DNA from: Selaginella moellendorffii
Lineage: Eukaryota; Plantae; Lycopodiophyta
Length of the DNA: 64,000 nt
Direction of reading: 5' to 3'
Assembly (NCBI RefSeq): GCF_000143415.4
Contig: NW_003314311.1
Location: 938,769-1,002,768, forward strand
Positions within the stretch are counted from its first letter, which is position 1. Every line of letters starts with the position of its first letter. Shown piece after piece: positions 1-12,704 of the stretch. The position numbers and the translations under genes were made by a program. A model generated the notes under the pieces. It did no database searches and was not told where the DNA came from. It worked only from the letters and a program-made list of their open reading frames with translations.

Positions 1-115
1 GAGCCATGTCTTCCCGACTTGCTACTCCTCAAGGATAGGCCCACTCCTCAGACCTTCTGATGCCAACACTAGTGGTGATATACTTGAGCACCAATAAAAG
101 TCGGACTAAGGAACA

Positions 116-127
116 GCTCCGATACCA
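116..127 (-). other. Primer binding site (tRNA-iMet type) of a minus-strand Ty3 element
   Basis: Minus strand reads ...CTTACA-ATT-TGGTATCGGAGC, i.e. an LTR end followed by a near-canonical TGGTATCAGAGC PBS. Confidence 0.85.
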
Positions 128-130
128 AAT

Positions 131-1202
131 TGTAAGGGACTAAATTTTCCATTCTACTTTAGTCACTTAACCACACCTCTAACCACTTGGAGGAGTCTCA
201 TTCACAACCTCCATAAGTCCAATCCAGGACTTGGGACTTGCTAGCCCCGAGAATGGCATCCATGCCACTCAACATTTGCACTTGGTCCAAGTGCTCCACG
301 TGTCTGATCCCATGACCGACACTCAAAGGTACCACCGACATAGCAGCCCATTACGCTAAGGCCATGCCCAATCACCTTTGCCACACTGGTAGTCCAATAC
401 CACTTGCATCACCGTCTTGGCTCTCCCAGACTAGGCAAACTATCCGTGAGTGGTCATCTCAGATCCACTCCTTAGCATCCTTAGGATGCCCACCGACAAG
501 GGGAATAGCCTTCCCCAATATCCCTCTGTCAGTCCCCACTAAGTCCCTTTCTGCCCCTGGCCGTGTTTGCCAACACTGCCACTGGATTGAGACCCACAGG
601 CCCGACCACTAAGTCCCACGGTCCTCTGGGACTTCCTCACCACACGACTGTGTCCTTGGTCACTACCCCAGAGGACTGCTCCTCTTCCTTTCCACAGTCT
701 GGGCCTTTGGGACAACATCTCGGAACACCGTGGCTTTACGCGAGCCACCTGGGTACTCTCCTCGCCTTCTGCCCTTGGGTGCTCTAGCCATGGGCTTAGA
801 GCGGGTTCCATTGAGCCACACCAGGTATCCAAGTAGGTAGTGCCACCCACACTTGGACTGGGAGCATCGGCCAGTCGATCTCCCGGGGGAACTAGAGCCG
901 GCTCTTGAACACTTCACCAAGCTACCCCGCTTGTCGGTCTGTGTTCACTCTAGTCTTGGACTTCCCAGTGGGCAGCTCATCACCCAACACTGGGTCCGGC
1001 CTTCCTGGGCCAAACTGGCCTTTCCTGGCCAAACTGGCTCCACTGCAGTCCTCCCCCTACTATACTTTTGGAGCTCACCAAACCCCCCAGGGTCTGGGAG
1101 ACGAACGCTTTGGGCTTTCACCCTCTCAGGCTCCGGACTTGGATTTGGACTCGGACTCGGGCTCGGGCTCGGTCTCGGCCTCGGCCTCGGTCTCGGTCCC
1201 GA

Positions 1203-1234
<32 letters not shown>

Positions 1235-1920
1235 CCGGTCTCGGTCTCGACTTCGGACTCCATCTCGGACTCCATCTCGGGTCCATCTCGGGTCCATCTC
1301 GGACTCCATCTCGGACTCCATCTCGGGTTCCATCTCGGGTCCATCTCGGACTCCATCTCGGACTCCATTTCGGGTCCATCTCGGGTCCACCTCGGACTCC
1401 ATCTCAGACTCCATCTCGGACTCCATCTCGGACTCCATCTCGGGTCCATCTCGGACTCCACTTCGGACTCCAACTCGGGTCCATCTCGGGTCCACCTCGG
1501 ACTCCACTTCGGACTCCATCTTGGGCTCCATCTCGGGTCCATCTCGGACTCCACTTCGGACTCCAACTCGGGTCCATCTCGGACTCCACTTCGGACTCCA
1601 ACTCGGGTCCATCTCGGACTCCACTTCGGACTCCAACTCGGGTCCATCTCGGACTCCACTTCAGACTCCAACTCGAGTCCATCTCGGACACTCCCACGTG
1701 TCATGTGTTTGTCCTTTTGGGTCCCTTTTTGGAGCCTCGCCTTTTGCTCGCTTCGTGCTCGTTCCTCGAGCACTTCGTTGGGAGTTCCACTCCCGCTCTT
1801 GACTTTTCAAGTCGGAGCTTTTGGTCCAAACGTGTTACGCTCGTTTGGCTCTCGCTTCGGCCACTACCATGTGGCGCCCTTCCGGCTCCACTTTGGGGCC
1901 TAGGGATTTTGTGTCTCACA
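131..1920 (-). mobile_element. 5' LTR (~1.8 kb) of a Ty3/gypsy element; the body continues left of the window
   Basis: TG...CA termini (tgtaag at 131, tcaca at 1920), adjacent PBS, and colinear similarity to 1921-3305. Confidence 0.85.
1130..1690. repeat. LTR-internal minisatellite (6/12-nt units CTCGGT, CTCCATCTCGGA/GGT)
   Basis: Directly visible tandem units; these produce the repetitive RS/RD/LG ORFs in all frames. Confidence 0.95.
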
Positions 1921-4210
1921 CAGTAGTCCAAGACTACCTGCATCATAATCCTGTCTCTCAAAGACTAGGCCATCCATCCATGCATGGTCATCCTAAACCA
2001 CACCTTAGCATCCTTAGGATGCCCAGAGATAGGGGGAACACCATTCCCCAATGTCCTTTCTTTAGTCTCTACCAAGTCCCTCTCCATCCATAGCCGCGCT
2101 TGCCAACACTGCCACTGGATTAAGATCTGAAGGTCTGACCACTAAATCCCATTAACCTCTAAGACTTCCTCACCATGTGACTGTATTTTTGGTCACACTA
2201 CACAAGAGGATAACTCCTCTTCCTTTCCACAGTTTGGGACTTTATAACAACATTTTGAAACACCGTGGCCCTATGTGGGTACTCTCCCCACCTTCTGCCT
2301 TTGGGTGCCTTAGCCATATGGCTAGAGTGAGGTTCTGATGAGCCACACTAGGTATCTAAGTAAGTAGTGCCACCAACATTTGGATTAGGAGCATCAGCCA
2401 TTCGATCTCCCAGAGGAGCTAGAGCCAACTCTTGAACACTTCACCAAGTTACCTCACTTGTCTATTCATGTTCACTCTAGCCTTGGACTCCTCAGTGGTT
2501 ATATCATCACCCACCATGTGGGTATAACCTTCCTTGGTCATATTGGCCTTTCTTAGCCAAACTAGCTCCAATGGAGTCTTCCCTTTACTATACTTTTCAA
2601 ACTTGACAAACCCCTTAGGGTCTAGGAGATGATCACTTTGGGCTTTCACCCTCAAACTTGCACTTCAACTTGGACTTAGACTCAGACTTGGACTCAGACT
2701 CGGACTTGGACTCGGACTCAGACTTAGTCTCAGTCTCGGCCTCATTATCGACCTTGAACTCCATCTCATACCCCACCTCAGGTCCATCTCGGACTTGATC
2801 TCAGACTCTCCATCTTGGGTCCATCTTGGACTCCATATCAAGTCCATCTCAGACTTCATCTCCAATCCATCTCAGACTCCATCTTCAGTCCATCTCGGAC
2901 TCTATCTCAGGTCCATTATGGATCCATCTCGGACTCCATTTTGGACTCGATCTCGGGTCCATTGCAAGTCCATCTTAGGTCTGTATTGGACTCCATCTTG
3001 AACTCCATCTCGAATTCCTTCTCCGACTCCATCTCGGACTCTTTTTCAGAGTTGTTCCTAACACTTCCATGTGTCATAACACTTGCTATGCATCAATCAT
3101 TCTTGTGTCCCTTTTTAGAGACTCATTCATTGAATGCTTCGTGCTCATTCTTCGAACACTTTATTTAGAGTTTTATTCCCACTCTCAACTTTCCAAGTCA
3201 AAGCCTTTAGTTCAAACATGTTATACTTGTTGAACTTTTATTTAGACTATTATCATGTGGCACCCTTTTTGCTCCACTTTGGGGATTAGGGATTTGTGTC
3301 TCACAACTCCACTACCCATAAAAAAAATTCGATATCCTTATCAAATGCTAAACCATTTTATAAAGTAACCCTATTATGGATTACCATTTTTATCAAGCCA
3401 ATATTTATCAATAATTTGACATCAAAGGCTCACCATGCCTTGCCCATCCTTTACACCTTCTTTATTTCAATTTTACTACTCATTTAGGAGTAATCTTAAC
3501 CTCTACCAACATGACTATCACATTCTAGAACTTTAATATTCATCCTCTTTTTTATTTTGTCCTACTCTTGGCACTAAATTCTAATTATCCATAATTCATA
3601 CTAGGGTTATTTATGGCCCTATTATTTTGCTACTTTGCCACTCCATCTCTTAAAGCCTTCACCTTTGCCAAATTTGAATATTTAAGAATCCATTTTTAGA
3701 AATATATTTCCTTTCCCACAATCTATTTGCATCCAACATATGACTATTTTTTGCCTAACTTTGTCATTTGGATTCCTTCTAATGATTTTCATAACCCTTT
3801 TTTAGCCACTAGTCTTTTGTTCGTATCCTTTGATTGTTGCACCAAGCAACATAGGATCACTACCTAGGATCCATAGAATCTTTTTGGTTCTATAGCAAAG
3901 GCCTACTTCACTAAGTTTAGGGGGTGTTCAAGTCTCTCCAACATTATCTACTGTAGGTTCCATCTATGGCCTAACTTTGTAACCCACACATGAGTTTTTC
4001 CTTAGAGATTATTTTCTTGGATTCATAACACTATTGCATTGCCATAATTCATTTCCCTTATGTATCCTTTCCACTTGGTCACCTTAACTAAGTTATACTT
4101 CTAGACATTTAAGTTGTTAACTAAGGGCATCCCCCACACTTGGCAATGCACCCAAACCAGCCCTTCTAGCCAAGAGTCTATGGCAACTAAGATTGGGTGT
4201 CCCCATTTCA
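1921..4210 (-). mobile_element. Older, degenerate copy of the same Ty3 family: partial 3' LTR (1921-3305), PPT (3306-3319) and decayed 3' internal region
   Basis: 1921-3305 parallels ~385-1920 with many C>T changes. On the minus strand ATGGGTAGTGGAGT precedes TGTGAGA. 4100-4210 resembles the reverse complement of the chromovirus 3' UTR at 33660-33775. Confidence 0.75.
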
Positions 4211-5149
4211 TTCACCATATCTTTAGTGCCACTTGCATTAAAGTTGTTCAAGTTAAATATGCTAAACTTTCACATTAAGCAATCTAACTATGCATCACAA
4301 CTTCGAAGCATCCCTCACTTATGATGTGTCTAAACTAGTCTCCTTATTAAGAGTTCATGACCAAGATTGGTTCTGACCTTTTGAACGGCAATTGGCCAAC
4401 CAACTGACCGTGATTATCGGCCGGCCGTGAAAGTGCCAAACGGCCAAATAGTTCACAAATTTCTTTTGATAAAAGAAAAATGTTTTTAGTAAAACCAAAC
4501 TAATAAAAGTAAGAAAACCAAAGCATTAGACTAAACCAAACCAAAGTATTAGACCAAACCAAACCAACTATTACTCATCTTCTTCAACATCTTTGGCAAT
4601 TTCCTTGACATCTCTGGCATCTTCCTCAACAATCACATCTTCATTTAGAAGATCTTCTTCAATTAAAAAAGTATTAAAATATAATATTCTAAAAATTATT
4701 AAATTTTTATTCTTTTATTGTTTATTTGAAGTAGTTCTATCTAAAAATATTTATCCACAAGATTGTCTCCAATCGAAAAATTTAAAATTTTAATTTGTTA
4801 ATTTATAAATTACAACAAGTAAGGAGGTTTGATGAAGATTGATTTCTCAACTCTAAAATCTATTAAACCCACTATGATCAGTTGAGACAGGAAAAGAAAT
4901 GAGTGTTTTTAGTGTTCAAGGCAATTGCTCATATCTTCATGCACCTCATAAACATCCACTTATCATTTTGTTGCTCCTACTCATCTATAGTTTCCAGTTT
5001 TTGAAGTCGCAGCATCTTCTTGCTTTTCCACATGCAATTTATCTATTTCATAAAGGACTTATGGTTGTTTTACCAAACCATTAACAATTATCATTATCAA
5101 CATCAATTTCTTCAAGATGCAAAGAATCTGCATTCAGGTGCTTTTCAAC

Positions 5150-5460
5150 TTTGACAATCCTGCCCACTCAGACTTCTATCAAGACCCTCACTTAGAGTGC
5201 TTCTCAAGTTGTGTCTCTGCTGTACACAATCCTTATGCCCTTAAACCATGATACAATGCATGCACAAAGGTGGTCTTGTCAGGATGGCTACTGTGGTACA
5301 CAAGGCTTGGTTTGGCAAACCATTTAGATTCCAGGCCAAGAGCATTCACAAAGTCCTCTCAGTTTTTTTGGAAGTAGACCTCTAAACACGTTGCATATAG
5401 CATGACCAATTTCCAAGGATAGTGGAGGTTGCAAAACCAGCTCTATGCCTCATTTCAAGT
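5150..5460 (-). pseudogene. Possible highly decayed PPR fragment
   Basis: Manual minus-strand translation gives GFATSTILGN, LAWNLNGLPNQAL and HPDKTTFVHAL pieces with frameshifts. Confidence 0.3.
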
Positions 5461-6013
5461 GGCAGTGGCCTTGATGATAGAGCCACGTAAGATCCAGTTT
5501 ATGGATTACATGGTTTAGGCATCCATCACACGAAGAACATTATTTTGGTTCAAAGTCCAAGACTGGACTGGCAATCTCTTCAACTCTTTAGAGGTCTCCC
5601 ACTTTCCCAATCTGGTCTTCCACTGGGAACTTTATGTCCAGTCTGCTCCCGGTGGAATTGGGCAATTTGTTCCAAGCACACCGTCTTATGAACTTAAATG
5701 AAACTATCCACTGTTGCAAAACATATGATAGAGAAAAGCTCAAGATCAAAGTAGTTGGTGTTGTTCATAGAAAGATAGGGATATTTTCCTGCATGTCTCC
5801 CTGCAGCAGAGAGCATTTTTGAGCCTTGGCATATCCTCCCAGATGGCATGACCTTGGTGCTCTACGACATGGTGCTCAAATTATCCTTGCTTGGATCTAT
5901 AGCCACTACAGCGTCGCCTGGATCTGGGATTGAGCATTGCTGATCTCAATCATTTTGCTTATGCAAAGAAATGAGCCAAGATAGGAGAAGGATGTAAGCC
6001 AGTCTTCTGTTCT

Positions 6014-7009
6014 GCCTCAAATTTCTATCCGCTGCCACAAGCCAAGGTCACGCTTTTGCTAATTACTCTCAAGAAAGCTCCTTCCTTGGCAGAGAGCCCT
6101 TTGGTTCCACCAGAGGCATCTGATAAAATTAGAATTATTTTTCTCACGTCCACACCGCTTTCTTGGCACGCAAACACAAAGAGCCATTAACTCAAAACTA
6201 AAAATCACCTCTTTACCATTAACTCAAAACCACTCCATTCCCATAAAGAATACAGTTCGCTCAGTCACCTTTCCTAACCTTGAAGATCACCCTGTCTGAT
6301 ATAGCTGCACTGCTACATAACTTCATCGGCAGTCTTGAAGCAATACTGCAGATCTCAAGGTAGAGCGCAATACATCCTGATCCAATACCCTTGACCTCTA
6401 CAGCCACCAGTGATATGCAAGGAAAAAGAGCAGCAAAAAAAAGGACATGTACCTGTAGAGATTGATAATTGTATTGGTAGATAATGTTTCTATAGCAGAT
6501 AGTCTCAAAAACGTAGCGTCAGAAATAGGATAAATGAAACCATAGCATCTAGATATCAATCTGCAAAGCATGCTTGAGCAAAGCATTCCCTCCCAATCGA
6601 TGGAGCGGTTGCAAACCTAAAATTGAAGCGGTACCTCCCATTTTGGATTTTTATCTGCTGGTTTGCCTCAAATTTCCATCTGCAGCCACAAGCCAAGGAC
6701 ACACTCTTGCTAATTACTCTCACGAAAGCTCCTTCCTTGGCAGAGAGCCCTTTGGTTCCACCAGAGGCATCTGATAAAATTAAAATTATTTTTCTCACGT
6801 CCACAGCGCTTCCTTGGCAACGCAAACACAAAGAGCCATTAACTCAAAACTCAAAACCACCTCTTTACCATTAACTCAAAACCAGTTCATTCCCATAAAG
6901 AAATACAGTTTTCTCAGTCACCTTTCCTAAGCTTAAAGATCGCCCTGTCTGATATAGCTGCACTGCTACATAACTTCATCGGCATTCTCATACTGCAGAT
7001 CTCAGGGTA
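6014..7009. repeat. Direct repeat of ~345 bp (6014-6361 and 6664-7009), probably duplicated exons of an unidentified gene
   Basis: Near-identical text ccacaagccaagg...gaaagctccttccttggcagagagccc...ctgcagatctca in both copies. Confidence 0.85.
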
Positions 7010-7576
7010 ATTCATCTATCATTATCTCGCACTAATTTATTTCATTCATGATATATAACGTATTCATAATGTCTTTGTAAACAAGCTTATGTGTATATGT
7101 GTTAATATGTGGTTAAGCTTATGTCAAATAAACATACGTACAAATATGTAACGTATTCATATATGATTCGTATATCATATCATGCTCATGTTTTTATACT
7201 TGATAATTATATTGATAACAGGTCTCAGGGTACTTACATAATTGGAATCTTATCATTGAAAGTCCATAAGATCCACAACTAAACTGTTCACATTGTCTAT
7301 CAAGCTCCTCCTCATTCCACTCACAGCATTCCGTGTTGAAGAGAGCATTGAGACTGCTTGCTCCTTGGGTATTAACGCAGCACCAACTTAGTATTCTAAC
7401 AAAATCCCACAGTCAAGAGTTCTCCAAACTTTCAAAACACCACAACACTTACAAAGAATGGAATTTCATTTGTGTCGCTGTTACAAACACTATTAGAAAT
7501 CCTCGATAAAACCTGCTCTTTGGTATAGCAAAAAAGAGAGAAGAAAAGAGAAAAAAGTCTAAGTGAAACCAACCAA

Positions 7577-9110
7577 CCTCCGAGATTTCATTTGCATCAC
7601 TGTATGGAGCAATAAGCATCGATGCTAAATCTTGCTCCTCATCATCCAAACGCCACCAGGTATTGATTCTCTTCACCACCGGCTTTTGATGGTTTGGATC
7701 TCTTCTAAAACGTATCATAAAAATCCTTGCCACGTCTTGCTCTTGGTTCTGCCTCAGCCTGCAAGTCTCATGGATGGGTTCAGAAGGGAGGCAGTAATAG
7801 CAAAATTTCTGCACAAAAACGAGGATTAATTAACCAGCGAGCTATATAAGTATCCACCTTTTGCATTTCACCGTCAAGCCATGATAGGCTCAAACGCTTG
7901 TCTTTGTATGCAGTGACAGCAGCAAAATTGTGGCTATCAATGTCCTTGCTTACGAGCTCATCTTGCACGATTCTCATCATCTAATATGAGAAACTCGTCA
8001 GCTAGAAACAACAAGAAAGAAAAATCTTACACTGCAGAGTTGATCAAGCTGAAAACCAGGCCTTCCAGCAGCCACAACGCAGTACCATGTTGCTACATCT
8101 TTTCCAGCTGTGGAGAAGTCCGTGGGATTACATCAGAGTTTGGAAGCCGTGATGCTAAGTACTACGTAGGCTCTTCCTCCTTTTGCTATCTTTTGAATTG
8201 CAATTTGATGTGCATGCTTTTAGTTCTTCCTCAGCTGCGAACCATGAACTTTATGTTCTTCCACAGTTTCCATGAAGGAGTCACGGGTCAATTTACCCAC
8301 AAAGTGAAAGAAATCATCTCAAAGCTGCCAAAAAGAAGATGCTTATCATAAACAATTATGGGCTGGACACCTGGATCTTTGATGAAAACTACAGCCGGTG
8401 CCAACTCTAATCCAAGCCTGCTCCACACTCAAAAGCATGAATCAATTCACATGATTATCACTAAAACTACCGGCTTTTCCAAATCGAAGCTTCCTCTTGC
8501 CTCCACAAAACACATCTGAAAGACATCAACTCAGAGAACTTCTTGGCCGCTTCTCTTACAAATGGAAGTGCACGCTCTCTTGTGTCAAAAAAAAGAACAA
8601 CTTTCACCTAAAAAGAAGTGCAAAAGAGAGAGATTTTGATTAGCATCGTAATTTTTTTTATGGCGCTATACCAGCACCTTATGCGGTCCAGTTTTTTTAA
8701 TGAACTCGGTATCTGCGTGACTTTAGTCAGTGCTTGTTTTATATATTAGTGAAAATTGTGGCTACCAAGTTCTGAGAAGAATAATAACCAATGCGAGGAA
8801 GATCAAGAAGCAGCGTTGCTGTCTATAGAATCCTAGCTGAGGCCTTTGGTGTACCCACAGGAATAGCGGAACAAGGCTTCATGAGTTTACCAGATCAGGT
8901 GTTTTGATTCCCTACACCCCAGCTAGACTTAAAATGGAGTCTGAGATAGACCTAAGAGATGGAATTCCTGAAGAAAAAAATTTTAAAAAATGAAAGAAAA
9001 GAGGAGGTTTACGTGTTTATGGCATCTGATCCGCCTCTTTCCTGCCAAGAGCTTTGCGAGTTGAACTTCTCCTAGCTCGACTCTCAAAATATTAACTTGG
9101 CCTTCGAGAA
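7577..9110 (-). pseudogene. Multi-exon fragment of a DnaJ/thioredoxin-like ER protein (DNAJC16-like, At1g18700-type); no J-domain seen
   Basis: Exon peptides VELGEVQLAKLLA, KVVLFFDTRERALPFVREAAK, YKDKRLSLSWLDGEMQK and DVARIFMIRFRRDP, separated by short GT-AG introns. The 5' part is not recognisable. Confidence 0.6.
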
Positions 9111-10160
9111 CTTCCACTGGAATCACAAACAACATGGTTGGAAAAAACACCAACACACAAAGCATTACCCAGTCTTTCCCACACTAGTGAGATCCCAATC
9201 TTGCCCAGTTTTCCGTTCATCTGCCACCTCTCATCTTTTACTGGATTTAATTGAAGTTGCCAAACCATACCAATGCTGTCAATTTTGCCTTCATCGCTGT
9301 CATTTCCCTTTCATCAGTGTCACTGTCGACCTCATCCAAAAATGACAGATAGGAATGGCCTTTTGCTTGTCTCTTTTTCTTCTTCTGGAGCTGACATTCC
9401 TTTTCCCTGCAACATTCTTGGTGTGCAAGTTGTCACTCTGCAGCAGCACAGAAATGAAACAAAGTGATGAACAGCTCAGCTACCTTTTCCACTAACTACT
9501 CCCTGGAAGTCCAACAGTCTCTTGCGCTCTCCAGAATCTGTGGCATCGAGCTCCAGTAATGAGGAACAGATAGCAAACAAAAATAACCTCTGATGTCCCA
9601 TTCTTCTTGAGGTCTTGGATGTGTAGTATACTGGACAGGACAGTTCTAATTCTCATTTGGTGCGCTTCTTCTCCCACAATAAAATTTTAGCATCCAATAT
9701 GACAGCCATATTAACCGTTTCTTAGACCTAAAACCAAGCTCTTTGCGACCATGTAACAATCCTCACCATTGCTTTGGAGTGTCACAGATCTGGATCGTTG
9801 AATTGAGAGCATCTACCATAAGTAAAAATGAATATTCTAAAAATGGAATATGTGACGCCAGATGCCATATGCCAATAGCACTTTTAAATAAGGGAGTACT
9901 AGCAAAAAAGTCCCAGCTACTCTGGGGGCATCGTGTTTATTCTTGATGTTTTAGTAACTTCAAAGAGTTGTAATTGTAATTATAATTTTTAACATAATCA
10001 TAATAATAACATACATAGTTATACATCATATAATATTTATATTAAAAGTCCCTTCTACAATTTACTCTATCATAACATTATATCACAATTAAAACTCTGA
10101 TTGTTGAGTGAATTCTTGGATCTTCTATAAATGGAATTGCTCATTGTGGGATCAATGTAG

Positions 10161-10236
10161 TATTGAATCAATCAAATACTCTTTGTTCTATAGAATGAAA
10201 CATTTATAGAACAAAGAGTATTTGATTGATTCAATA
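10161..10236. repeat. Perfect 32-bp inverted repeat with a 12-nt spacer
   Basis: tattgaatcaatcaaatactctttgttctata (10161-10192) is the exact reverse complement of 10205-10236. Confidence 0.95.
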
Positions 10237-11079
10237 ATATATTATTAAAATTAAACATAATTTTGCTGTACAAAGATGGTATATAGTAGATATATTCATC
10301 AATGAATATAACAAAATTATTTTTATTTAGGGTTTAGGGTTTAAAATCATTTGAACCTGGTGCATTATATCATCTTGGATCAGATATCTAATTGCTTTTT
10401 ATATATATTACAATATCACTTAAACCTCCTTGAATTTTTGTTGAATTTAACACTTTATTCTCTATTTTCCACAATATTGTGAATGCATTAGCATAGGTAT
10501 TTATCTCTTTTAATTATTTATCAAGATCAACCATTAGATGCCCATTGCATTTAGAATTGTGTTTGTTTTTCATTCTTATTTCTGTTCCTCGAGAGATATC
10601 TAAAATATATAATTGTGAATATTTTTTATTATTTGGTTTGAAACTTCCAATATTATGTTAAATTTTTTCATTTATCTTAAAATAATTAGGGCCACCTACT
10701 GCAATTTCTTTGATGTTTGCACCCATTGATGTTGCACTACTATAATTTTCTATTAAATCTTTAAAATTAATAGTCTTTGGAGAAAGCATGGAAAAGGATG
10801 TGATTTTTCAATTGATTCTCCCATCACAATTACAATTGAAAACATTTTCCATCATAAAAAAAAGGCCTTACAAAGTATGCATTGTTTTTCCATCTTACCA
10901 AGAATGTTGCTCATATTTACCATTTTCATTCTCTGACATTAAACCTATTTTTTGTTTGTTTTGTTTTTTTGTTTTTTTACTCTCACTGCCCTACTAACAG
11001 TAGTTACAAGAACACAAGAAATCATGACAGGAATTGCCAGTAATAGACAGACTATCACCAATTTCACATAGAACAACTT

Positions 11080-11210
11080 ATGAGGAGCTTAATAACAACT
11101 TATGGCAAACTCACGCTCGCCAGGTACCAAAACAGGCTTTTGGCTGTCGATTATGCACTGGCACTTGAGAGAGATGTCTTCATGTTCACGCATGATGGAA
11201 ACATGGCTTC
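11080..11210 (+). pseudogene. O-fucosyltransferase family (GT106) C-terminal fragment
   Basis: [28 protein letters not shown] matches the family motif (A/L)LDYxVxxxSDVFxxTxDGNMA. Confidence 0.7.
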
Positions 11211-12194
11211 ATGCTATGTTTATAGTTTCTCCAATTCTCTAACTTTCGTTCCACTCTCCTCCAGGCAATAGCTATGGAGCTGGGAATATTTCTTGGGATG
11301 AATTTACGTTTCAAGTGAAAATGCTGCACGAACTGAGGACTGCAGGTCCAGTGCTAAGAGTTCCTGCTCCCGTCCCAATGCACGAAAACTTTTTCTTTGC
11401 CAACCCGTTTCCTGGTTGCATATGTGAAAACAACAGCAGCGCCAGGAAAATGTAGAGCGCTCTTTAATATGAACAAAATCCAGGAAAGTTTTTTCATGGC
11501 ACGGTATGTAGATTCAACATGATTGAAATTTTCCAAGCACAGCACCACCTATTGTCTCTCAAGTCAAGAACTTTGAGGTTGGATCCACCAGTGATGGCCG
11601 AAGCCAGTGCCACCCAACTCTAGTTGACGAGAAGAGAAAGTTCTCGAGCTGGACAACCTTCTCGACAAGCCTGGTGAGAGATCTGGCTCCTTGATCACCG
11701 GTCATGTTGTTGTGGAAGTGGAAGAGCTTGAGAGAGCTGGCGGTGGTGACAATCTTGCATACAGCACGATGGAGATCCCACTGTTCATGAAAGAGAGCTC
11801 CTTGAGCAATTCCTGGAACTTTAGCAGCGGCATGAAGGCTCTCACACCCTTCTCATTGTCCAAGAGGTTTAAAACGCCTGTACAAGCGTATGCATTGCCT
11901 CCAGTGCCTCCTCCTCTGGCCGCCCAGCAACAATGTCTGAGAAATGTCCAGGAGTGAGGATTTCACCTTCGAGAGAAATCCGTCAAAGCTTTTGTTACTG
12001 AAGAAAATATTGGAGTAGCACGACATTCCCAGCGGCAGAGGAAAGCTCTCTGCCTGCCTGAAATTGTTCATCTTTCCAATTCAGATTCCCCCAGCGCTTC
12101 TAGCATCATCTGGCTCGTCTCTCGAGCATAGATCTTCACCACTACCATGGGATCACCGCCAGCGAAGCCTGGAAAGCGGCCTGGATCCCACAGC

Positions 12195-12255
12195 AGTGAC
12201 GAATGGTTACCTTTTAGTGACTGCTAATGGGGGGCTCAATCAAATGTGCATGGTA
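12195..12255 (+). pseudogene. O-fucosyltransferase family N-terminal exon fragment
   Basis: TNGYLLVTANGGLNQM matches the family signature NGYLxxxxNGGLNQ. Confidence 0.7.
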
Positions 12256-12704
12256 TATGCTTCCGAGACTCATTTTTTTCAAAGAAACTGTTGAAGGCCA
12301 GAGGTTTTTCTGCTTGATGTAGTTTTGCGACATGGTTGCTGTATGAATGCGACCCTTGTCGTTCCTCTCCTTATATGCTCTCCAATTGTTGAGGCATTTT
12401 AAGCAAGGACTTGCAAAAAACCTTGACAAAACACATATTAGTTTGAAGAAGTAAGGAAAATAGATTTAAAATCTACTTTTTAACTAGAAATCAGTGGTGT
12501 TGGCATCCCATGTTCATCTTCCACTATTAAAGTACAGTTCTGCCATGGAAATATTGGACAAGATATAAACCCCACAGTCATGGGAATTTATTTCCAGTTC
12601 AAACCATCCTCCTACCTTGAAGTCTAATCTTCGTGTTATAACCCACACAGAACAAAGATATATATCAATGATGAATTGTGTAATATATTGTGTACTTTCT
12701 GTAT

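Noticed and set aside
853-1926. Long ORFs with RS, RD and LG repeats that resemble SR proteins
   Set aside because: They are stop-free readings of an LTR minisatellite in all six frames.
10326-10343. TTTAGGG repeats (also CCCTAAA at ~21160)
   Set aside because: Only two to three units; a telo-box or chance occurrence, not an interstitial telomere.
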